Below, piece by piece: positions 55,083 to 64,000 of a DNA stretch of 64,000 nt (position 1 is its first letter; each line of letters opens with the position of its first letter). The stretch is from contig OZ251247.1 in the NCBI GenBank assembly GCA_965240325.2, positions 124,001-188,000 on the forward strand, written 5' to 3'. The position numbers and the translations under genes were made by a program. The stretch comes from Rebecca billardiae RCC1528. Its lineage: Eukaryota > Protista > Haptophyta. The notes under the pieces were generated by a model. The model had not been told where the DNA came from. It saw nothing but the letters and a program-made list of their open reading frames with translations, and ran no database searches.

Positions 55083-57192
55083 GCGGGCGGACCGCGAGTA
55101 CGGGCGGCGCGGGGTACGTCGCGCAGAGTATACTGCGCTCGTCCGCTCGCGCTATCACGATCGATGACCGACTACATCATCAGGGGCGGCCCGACAGCAG
55201 GCTGCTGCGGGACAGTCCGGGCGCCGCACTCGGACGGGTCCGCGGTCCGTGCTCGGCACTGCTGCTGCCATCATCAGATCGATATATCGACGACGATCGA
55301 TATATCGCGATGATGATGACTACGCGATGCACCGCCGGCCGCCGCCACGCTACGGCCTGATGATGAATCTCAGCAGCTAGCAGGCATCACGACGCATCTG
55401 TCCTAGCTAGAGTGCCGATTCAGTCTGCCGCGCGCAATCTAAGTAGTAAGTATAGCAGTACCGGTCGGTTTATTTGCGTTATCCCGCGGCTCGTCAATAA
55501 TAACTGATGACTGCTACTACGTGTATACGGTCGCCGCGGCCTTCGGCTGCATGGCGGACGCGGGCCCTCGGCCGGCCGCCCCCTGGACTGATCCCGTCAG
55601 GGATGCGCCGCGCGGTGCGGGGCATGCAGGCACGACCGCCGTCAGGACTCAGGCGGAGCGGCGTCACTGCCCGTCAGTCTTATTGATCCAAGTAGGCTGA
55701 TATGGGCGTGTCAAGTGACGCGTCATGACGTGACGGGCACGTCATGACCGGTCACGACGTGACGCAAGGAATGGCGCAACGTGACGCCCGGATAGCGCTC
55801 TGCCCACGCCTGGCACACCCGGACTCACCAGTACGGTGCCACAGGCGCGGCTACGACTCGCCTGAATGCGCGCGCGCGCGCGCCGAGTCGGCGCCACGGC
55901 GCCGTCGGCGCGGCGGATGCAGCCCTGCCCCCCAACACCAGCTCATAATGGATCCTCCATCAGCTCCACGGCCACAAGGGTGCGTGCGGGAGCAGGAGCC
56001 CTCGCCTTTGGGCGACGAGCCCACCTCCTCTGTGCAGTCCGGCCAGCTGGAACCGGCCGACGCATTTCCCCGCGTACGGGACTGGGAACCCCTCAGAAAC
56101 AACCCAATAATATATTTATAAATATATATAGCCAATAATATATTAACGACGTGGTATGCAACGGGCAGGCGTCAAAGTCAGCAAGCTGTAGCAGCATCAG
56201 ATCGAGCAGCAGAGACAAACACCAGGATCAGCGCTCCTCGCCGTCGTCCCCCCCCCCCCCCCCTCGTAGTCGCCCATCACTCCATCGCCGAGCGGAAGCT
56301 CGACGCACCGTCTGGCGTCGACGCGCACGCGCCACCGCGGTGGTCGCGGCCCTGCCCGTGACGCGTCGTAGCCAATAGTATATATATATAGTACAAGACG
56401 AATATACATGCTTAACGCTCGACGACAGGTTCCCGCGCCAAAAGGCGTGTTGCTATGACGCGTAAATTACGCGTAATAAAACGCATGACGTCTTAGAATG
56501 ACGTGACGCGCTAGATCGAAATTAAGTGGGCGTCATAATGACGCGATAATCATAGCCCGCATCAGGCCGCTGGACTCTTATCGGCGGCGCGGGCGGGCCG
56601 AGCGCGCGGGTCGTCAGCTGTCGAGCTCGGACCCCGCGACCGCCGGTTGATCGGTTCGACTGCATGCGCTCTGCGCTGCGCGGCTGCGGCATGTGCACGC
56701 GGACGAGATCAACCACTACGACATGCGACCAATCACGCCACCACATTCGTGGTGGCGGTGATTGGTGCATCGAGCCCGACGCGGGAGTTGTTACCCCCTT
56801 CCTTATATTGTCTATAATGCATGCATTATGAATTATATGACCGAATGATGGTATGTGGGGGTAGTGTCAATAAACAGGCCGCCTCATATATATATAAACC
56901 GTTGGTCAGACGAGGTACGACCGGGTCATCGGGAGACGGGAAGTGGCGGGTTGGGTACTAAGCACGTACTCTTGTAAATGGAGTAGTGCACAGCGCCTAC
57001 GTACTCGTCACTCTATGATGATTCAATGACGCGGGTGGGCGGCTGATTGCCTACTGATAATTACGGGCTGATTGCCTGCAGCTGCTGGGTTGATTGCGGA
57101 TTGCTGTGTGGGGGTGGTGGTGATGCCTTTCGGGTTGGCCGCCTCCCGCCCCGTCCGCTCGGCATTCATCTTCTCGTCTCGCGCTCGGCTCG

Positions 57193-58791
57193 ATGATGGC
57201 CACCGACGCGTGCGGGGCGACGCCGCTCGGGTTCGACGACCTGCCGCCGGAGGTGCTCGACCGCATCACGTTACTCCTGCGGCTGCGCGATCTCGCCAGC
57301 CTGAACGCCACCGCGCGCCTCTTCCACGCCGCGCCGCCCGGCGGCTGCTCGCCGGTCGAGCTCGCGCTACGCGAGCGCGCGCGTGCGCGGGGGCACGAGA
57401 GCGCGCTGCCGGCGTCGCTACCGGAGGGCGTGCGCACGTGGGCCGGGGAGCTGCTCGTCCGCGAGCGCGTGCTCGAGCTCGCATGCGCGCACGCATCTCC
57501 CGCGGCGGCCGGCGACGGCTTCAGCGCGTTTGTGGACGCGGATGGCGGGCTGCACACGTGCGGCGAGGAGAAGGCGGAGGACGAGGACGGGGAGCCGACG
57601 TATCGAGCTCACGTGGCTTCGGACCACTCGGGCATGCCCGCCGTACGCGTGCCGACGCACGTCGCCTCCCTCAGCGCGGTGAGCGTGTGCTCCGTGGCCG
57701 CCGGCTACAACTACCTGCTCGCGCTGAGCGAGGCCGGCGATGTGTACGGCTGCGGCAACAACGACGAGGGCCAGCTCGGGCTGGGGGATACGGAGGACCG
57801 GCACTCGTTCGCCCTCGCCGAGCTACCCGCGAGCGAGCCCGTCGTCGCCATCTCGGCCGGCCACTGCCACAGCCTCGCGCTCAGCGCCGCGGGCTGCGCG
57901 TACAGCTGGGGCCACAACTACTACGGCCAGCTCGGCCAAGGCGACAGGGATGACCGGTGGGAGCCGGCGCTCATCGAGGCGCTGGACGGCGTGCGCGTGG
58001 GCGGGATGGCTGCAGGCGCTGAGCACACGCTGCTCATCTCGACCACCGGCGCCGTTTACTCGTGCGGCCGGGGCCAGTTCGGCTGTCCCGGCCACGGCGA
58101 CGGGCAGGCTCAGCGCACGCCGAGGCGCGTCGAGGCGCTCGCGGGCGTGCGCGCCGTGCACGTGAGCGCGGGCAGGGGCCACAGCCTGGTGGTGGACGCA
58201 GAGGGTGGCGTGCTCTCCTTCGGGAGTGGACGCCATATGAAGCTCGGGCACGGCGACCAGCAGGACCAGCACGCGCCGAGGCGCGTCGAGGCGCTCGCTG
58301 GTGTGCGCGCCGTGCGCGCGTGCGCGGGCGTGCACACCAGCGCGGTGCTGGGCGCGGACGGCAGCGTGCACACGTTCGGGGACAACGGGGACGGCCAGCT
58401 CGGGCTGGGGCACGGAGAGTCGGCCGAAGATGCCGCAGATGGCGACGCCGCCTTCGCCGCGGCGCACGACCTCCCGCCCCAGGACTACCACTCGCTGCTC
58501 GAGAGCGTGCAGCGGCGCCGGGCGGTCGAGTTCTCCGCCAACGCGCCGTCCAAAGTGGGCGCGCTCGCGCACGCGCGCGTGGTGCGCTGCGCCATGGGCC
58601 GCTCCCACGCGCTGTTCGTGAGCTCGGAGGGCAGCGTGTACGCGTGCGGCAAGGAGTCGGCGGCCCTCGGCCTCGGCATGGGCACGCCCGCGCCACCCGC
58701 GCGGGTCCGGGTGATCGACACGCCCGAGTGCGTCGAGACGGCGTGGTCCGCGCGTCTGCTGGCGTCGCCGTCGGGCGCGCCCGGGGACTGA
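57193..58791 (+). CDS. F-box + RCC1-repeat protein FR18 (divergent; loop insertion)
   Basis: 532-aa ORF; F-box FDDLPPEVLDRI; RCC1 repeats; roughly 36-aa insertion; distinct C-terminus. Confidence 0.9.
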   Translation: MMATDACGATPLGFDDLPPEVLDRITLLLRLRDLASLNATARLFHAAPPGGCSPVELALRERARARGHESALPASLPEGVRTWAGELLVRERVLELACAHASPAAAGDGFSAFVDADGGLHTCGEEKAEDEDGEPTYRAHVASDHSGMPAVRVPTHVASLSAVSVCSVAAGYNYLLALSEAGDVYGCGNNDEGQLGLGDTEDRHSFALAELPASEPVVAISAGHCHSLALSAAGCAYSWGHNYYGQLGQGDRDDRWEPALIEALDGVRVGGMAAGAEHTLLISTTGAVYSCGRGQFGCPGHGDGQAQRTPRRVEALAGVRAVHVSAGRGHSLVVDAEGGVLSFGSGRHMKLGHGDQQDQHAPRRVEALAGVRAVRACAGVHTSAVLGADGSVHTFGDNGDGQLGLGHGESAEDAADGDAAFAAAHDLPPQDYHSLLESVQRRRAVEFSANAPSKVGALAHARVVRCAMGRSHALFVSSEGSVYACGKESAALGLGMGTPAPPARVRVIDTPECVETAWSARLLASPSGAPGD

Positions 58792-59293
58792 GGGCTAGTT
58801 TGAGGCTGGCGTGAACGGCGCCGCTGCTGGCGCAATGCTGATCGTCGAAATATCGCGCGCGGGGGGGAGAGAGAGAGCGCGCGCGCGCGCGCGCGCGACT
58901 ATGGCGGACCGACCGACGGTTGGCGAGGGGCCGCGAGGGTGGCCGTTCTGCACCGGTCGTGAGACACCGCAACTCACGCAAGCGGGCAAGCAGATACGAT
59001 GCATGACGACCGTAAAGTACCGGCGGCGCAGCCATCGGCGACGGCTTCATGGGCGGTGACAGTTGGCGGGCGTCGATCTCGCCTGCCTGAGCTGTGTGCG
59101 TCTCTTATTCTTAGTAAACTGTAACACTGTAGCACGGCCCTTGACTGTAGTCAGGGTACTGTGTGCACGTTAATCATAGTAAACTGTAGTATCTGTAGCA
59201 AAGCTTCAAGCACGGCGTTGGTCAAGCAGTGTATCCGCCGGGCGGGCGGCCGCGCCGACCGCTCCTTTCCAGGGGGGCGGGCGGGAGCGATCG

Positions 59294-60760
59294 ATGGCCA
59301 GCACGGCGCAGGCGCACGCGCGCCGCCTCGCGCTCGACGACCTGCCGCGCGAGATGCTCGACCGCATCATCTCACTCCTGCCGCCGCGTGACCTCGCCAG
59401 CCTGAACGCCACCGCGCGCCTCTTCCACGCCGCGCCGCCCGGCGGGTGCTCGCCGGTCGAGCGCGCGCTGCGCGAGCGCGCGCGAGCGCGTGGGCACGAG
59501 CGCGCGCTGCCGGCGTCGCTGCTTTCGGGCGTGCGCACGTGGACGGAGGAGCTGCTTGTTCGCGAGCGCGTACTCGAGCTCGCATGCGCGCACGCATCCC
59601 CGGTTTCGGCAGGCGAGGGCTTCAGCGCATTTGTGGACGCGGAGGGCGGGCTGCACACGTGCGGCGAGGAGGAGGAGGAGGACGAGGACACAGGCGAGCC
59701 GACGGGCGAGTTCCGAGTGCACGAGGCCATCGGCCACACGGACGTGCATGTAGTGCGTGTGCCGACGCACGTCGTCTCCCTCAGTGCGGTGCGCGTGGTC
59801 GCGGTGGCCGCTGGCAGCTGCCACCTGCTCGCGCTGAGCGAGGCAGGCGCTGTGTACGGCTGCGGCGACAACGGCTGGGGCCAGCTCGGGCTGGGCGACA
59901 CGGAGGAGCGGCGCGCATTCGTTTTTGTCGAGCTACCCGTGTGTGAGCCCGCCGTCGGCATCTCGGCCGGCAACTACCACAGCCTGGCGCTCAGCGCCGC
60001 TGGGTGCGCGTACAGCTGGGGCTACAACGACTTCGGCCAGCTCGGCCACGGCGACAAGAAGGCGCGATGGGAGCCGACGCGCATCGAGGCGCTGGACGGC
60101 GTGCGCGTGGGCGGCGTGGCCGCGGGCCGTGAGCACACGCTGCTGCTCTCTGCACACGGCGCCGTGTACTCGTGCGGCGATGGCTTCTCTGGCAAGCTCG
60201 GCCACGGCGACCGGCAGGATCAGCACACGCCGCAGCGCATCGAGGCGCTTGCAGCAGTGCGCGCCGTGCACGTGAGCGCGGGCCACATGCACAGCCTGGT
60301 GGTGGACGCAGACGGGCTGGTCTACTCGTTCGGATTCCATGGGCAAGGCCAGCTCGGCCACGGTGCCCTTGGGTTCCGTGCCACGCCCCGGCGCATCGAG
60401 GCGCCCGCTGATGTGCGCGCCGTGCGCGCGTGCGCTGGCTTTCGCAGCAGCGCGGTGCTGGGCGCGGACGGCAGCGTGCACGCGTTCGGGGACAATGAGC
60501 ACGGCCAGCTCGGGCGGCGCGGGGATGCGGCTCCCGAGACCCCCGCACGAGTGAGCGTCCTCGCACAAGCTCACGTGGTGCGCTGTGCCATCGGCGCCTC
60601 CCACTCGCTGTTTGTGAGTGCTGACGGCCGCGTGTACGCGTGCGGCAAGCGCTCGGCTGCGCTCGGCCTCGGCATGAGCGCGGCCGAGCGAGCCGAGCCC
60701 ACACAGCGGGTTGCCACGCCCACGTACGTCGAGACGGCGTGGCGTGCGCTTGTCTGCTGA
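59294..60760 (+). CDS. F-box + RCC1-repeat protein FR19
   Basis: 488-aa ORF with a MASTA-type N-terminus shared with FR2. Confidence 0.9.
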   Translation: MASTAQAHARRLALDDLPREMLDRIISLLPPRDLASLNATARLFHAAPPGGCSPVERALRERARARGHERALPASLLSGVRTWTEELLVRERVLELACAHASPVSAGEGFSAFVDAEGGLHTCGEEEEEDEDTGEPTGEFRVHEAIGHTDVHVVRVPTHVVSLSAVRVVAVAAGSCHLLALSEAGAVYGCGDNGWGQLGLGDTEERRAFVFVELPVCEPAVGISAGNYHSLALSAAGCAYSWGYNDFGQLGHGDKKARWEPTRIEALDGVRVGGVAAGREHTLLLSAHGAVYSCGDGFSGKLGHGDRQDQHTPQRIEALAAVRAVHVSAGHMHSLVVDADGLVYSFGFHGQGQLGHGALGFRATPRRIEAPADVRAVRACAGFRSSAVLGADGSVHAFGDNEHGQLGRRGDAAPETPARVSVLAQAHVVRCAIGASHSLFVSADGRVYACGKRSAALGLGMSAAERAEPTQRVATPTYVETAWRALVC

Positions 60761-61444
60761 TGGCATCGCGCGCGCCCGCTGAGGCGCGCCGTTGCGCGCT
60801 TTTTCTTCGTCACTGTCGTCGGGCGCTGGCCGGACAAAGGCAGGCGGCGGTGCTGAGGGCGCGCAGGTGATGAAATGCATTCCGATGACCGATGACGAGC
60901 AGCCATCGTCATCACTACTCCCCGCCCCGGCAGCGCCCGAGCTCTCGGACCGCGCGGGACGTACTACGACGACGACTATATACGACGATCCGCCCTGCTG
61001 CTGATGACTGCTAGCTCTATGCGTACGCGCGCGCGCGCGCTGATATATGACGACGGGCATGCACGCGCGCAGCGCACTATGACGATGACTATATATAGAC
61101 GAGGCGGCCCCGGAGCGACGCGGTCCGACCGTGGCGCGGCCGGTGATAATAACGGGCCGGATGAGCGCGAGCCGGTGCATGAGCGGCGCGCCGCCGGCGG
61201 GACGCCGCCCGATTTTGGCGCCGCATCGTCATCGTGCGTCCGCCCAGACGTGTCCGGGCTGCGCCATGGCGCAGCGGGCCCCGAGACCTCGAGTCGGCAG
61301 CGATGGCTGAGCCTGCGCCGTCGTCTCGGCTCCACCTCACCACCGTGGCAACGCCGCCGCCCGGCCGCGTCCCGCCCGCGCCACCGCACGCCCCGCGCCG
61401 ACTGGCCCTCCGCGCTCAGCTGCCGCCAGGCCCGGCGCTAGGCG

Positions 61445-64000
61445 TTAGGCGAAGGCGGCCTCGACCGCTGCGCGCTGCTCTGCGCTCAGCTCCGCCGGGA
61501 ACGTAACCGCCACCTTCACGTGCAGCTCGCCCGCGGTGGAGGGCACGGTGTGCACGGGCATGCCCTCGCCGCGCAGCCGGACCACCTGGAACGGCTTGGT
61601 CACCAGCCCGGGGCGGGAGACCTGCGCGGGGCAGGGCAGGGGAGGGGCGGGGGCGGGCGGGGGCGCGGGGAACGGTGGGCGGGCGCGCGGCGCCGCATGC
61701 GCGCGCGCGCAGGGCTCAGCCCGCAGCGCCCGCGGCGGGGCGGCCGCGTGCCCTCGGCGGCGTGCGCGCCCGCGCGCACGGAAGGGCACGGGCGGTGCGC
61801 GCGCGCGCGTGCGCGTGCCTTGACCGCGTGCCCGTCGAGGTGGGTGAGCGTCTTCTCAAAGCCGAGCAGCGCCTCCCGCAGCGAGATTGCAATCTCGGCG
61901 TGGAGGTCGTCCCCGCGCCGCTCGAAGGTCCGGTGGCGCGCCACCTTGAGCGTGAGGTGCACGTCGCCCGGGATCAGTCCGGGCGTCTGGCGCGCACGGC
62001 ACGGAGGCAGGCAGGCGGGCGGGGGCCCACGCTACTCAGCGGCGCGGCGCGGCGCCAGCCCCGGGGAGCGTCGCGCGCGCATGCGCGCGACGCGCGGCCG
62101 TGGCGGCGGCGCGCCCGGCGCGGCGGCGCGGCGCGCGCGCCCCGCCGCCCGCGCCCGGGCGCCCGCCTGCCCCCCCTGGCCCTATCGCTCGCCCTGCCCG
62201 CCGCGCACCTGCTCGCTCATCCGCTCGAACGTGAGCTGCGCGCCGTCCGCCATCCCCCGCTCGATCTGCGCGTCCAGCGTGGTGCGCTCCTGCTTGCAAA
62301 AGTCTTTGGAAGGCACCTGCGTCCGGGCAGTCCGGGGGGTCCGGGGAGTCCGGGAGTCGGAGAGGCGGCGAGTGTTGCGTCGGTGGCGAGCGGGTGGAGC
62401 CGTGCGAGGGAGGCGGCGGTGCGAGCAGGTGCGAGCAGGAGGGCAGCGGCGCGCGCGCGAGCAGACAGACACACGCACACGCACACGCGCGCGCGCACAC
62501 GGCCGCGCGCCGCCGCGGGGGCAGCAGGCGGGCGGGGCCAGGGTGGCGCGCGCGAGGTGGGCGCAGGAGAGGGCGAGGGCGGGGCGAAGGTGAGGAGAAC
62601 GGGGCGCGGCTCGGGCGGGCAGCCCACCGGCGTGCGTGCCGGGGGCTCGCGTCCAGGCCGGCAGCCATCGTGCGGCCCTCGCGTCTTCTCTTCCGTTGGC
62701 GGAAAAGTCCGGTGCTGGGCGAGGCCGCAGCGCACGCACCTGCTCCTGCTGCTGCACGACGAAGCCCGGCGCCATCTGCCGCTGCACCATCCGCACCTCC
62801 GGCGGGCACCGGCTGCACGCGTTGCACCCCTGCGCACGCGCACACGCACGCGCACGCACGCGCACGCGCCGCCCCGGAGTGAGTGGCCGTGAGCGCCGCC
62901 GCCGCGGCCAGCCGGCGGGCGCGCGCCCCGCGCGCCCGCGCCCGCCAAGCCGCCCGGCCGGAAAGTCCGGCGCTTGTCCGGTGCGAGCTCGGCCCGCGCG
63001 CACGGCGGCACCTTGGCGTTGAACTGCGTCGAGCCCGGGGTGAGGTCCTTGCAGCCGCGGCACACGACGCGCCGCGCGATCGACGCCTGCTTCACCGCGC
63101 CTGCGGTCGGGTGAGGGGCCCACAGCCGCGGCAGACACGGCCGCAGCAGCAGCGGTGCGCGGGGCCGGTGCGCAGCCCACCCGGGGGGTCGGCGGGTGAG
63201 ACACGCCGCCAGGCCGCGTGCGCTGCACTCGGCGGGGGCCGCACGCGGGCACGCGCACGCAGCTGCACAGACGCACGCACACGCGTCTGCATATACCCAC
63301 ACATAGAGACACTGCACACACATATGCCCACATCATATGTGCGCACTACCCACGTGGGTACGCGCGCATAGGCGCGCACCGTTGTAGATGTCCTCGAGCG
63401 TGACGCGCAGCTCGACGTTCGCGTCCGGCCCGCGCTTGCCCCCGCGCCCGCCGCCGCGCCCCCCGCCGCCACGCCCGCCGCCGCCGCCTGCATGCGCGCG
63501 GTGGGGCGCGCGCCGCGCGCCGTCAGCGGCAGCCGTGCGCGGGGCAGCAATCGACGCCCGGGTCAGCGCGCGCGTGCGCGTGTGTGCGTGCCCGCGTGCA
63601 GCGGTCCCGCTGCCGTGCCACAGCCCGCCCCGCTGTGCAGCGCTGCGCAGCGCGGTGTCACACGCACGCCGAAGACCGCCCCGAGCACGGCGCCCCCCTA
63701 CCCCTACCCCTACCCCTACCCGTACCCCTACCCGCACCCCTACCCCTAGTGCAGCGCACGCACCGAAGAACATCTCGAACGGGTCGAAGGCGTCCATGCC
63801 GCCGCCCCCCTCGCCCTCGCTCACCGCGCTCAGGCCGCCGTGGTCGTACAGGATGCGCTTGTCCTGCAGGGGGGCAGGGGGGAGGCGTGGAGACAGGGGC
63901 GGAGGTCGGGAGGCGGCGGGGTGAGCGCGGCTGCGCGCCCGACTGCTGCCGCGCTGGCACACACTGTGGCGCACGGGTGCGCACGCGTACACACACAGCG
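61445..64000 (-). CDS. DnaJ/Hsp40 co-chaperone, ERdj3/DNAJB11-like (5' part outside the window)
   Basis: Spliced exons: end of J domain KRILYD, G/F region DPFEMFFG, VTLEDIYNG, CRGC..CNAC..C, PGDVHLTLK, FERRGDDL..ISLREALLGF..THLDG, GEGMP..GELHVKVAVTFP. Confidence 0.88.

Noticed and set aside
2036-60760. Diversity-generating retroelement as the source of hypervariability
   Set aside because: No reverse transcriptase or template repeat is present. Variable sites include W, E, K, Q and M, which adenine mutagenesis of AAY codons cannot produce, and the variation is spread over all blades.
2036-60760. Annotating the genes as UVR8, RCC1 or HERC orthologs
   Set aside because: They lack the conserved GWRHT triad and any HECT domain, and all carry an N-terminal F-box.

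Overview
Very GC-rich eukaryotic nuclear DNA from an alga with a secondary red plastid: nuclear psbM with an ASA/F bipartite presequence, GT-AG introns and CCCTAA repeats. A haptophyte such as a Pavlovales member is the best guess (inference). The window is dominated by a family of intronless F-box + RCC1 beta-propeller genes, here called FR1-FR19. There are 16 full-length copies plus one truncated copy head-to-tail on the - strand (2036-43697), and 2 more copies on the + strand (57193-60760). The F-box and propeller scaffold are well conserved, whereas the AGxxH and GxNxxGQL loop positions are hypervariable and rich in aromatic residues. Individual genes are patchworks of blocks shared with different paralogs. 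This looks like a diversifying repertoire of SCF ubiquitin-ligase substrate receptors, possibly for defence. The array also contains a tandem-duplication junction, a duplicated coiled-coil + half-VDAC-like gene whose 3' flank is homologous to the array 3' flanks, a copia-type LTR read through by one gene, several MITEs upstream of the genes, and recurrent perfect palindromes with 1-nt loops. Between and after the two clusters lie intron-containing genes: psbM, an SRCR-domain membrane protein, a GGC1-like mitochondrial GTP/GDP carrier and a partial ERdj3/DNAJB11-like DnaJ. All comparisons were made by eye; no searches were run.
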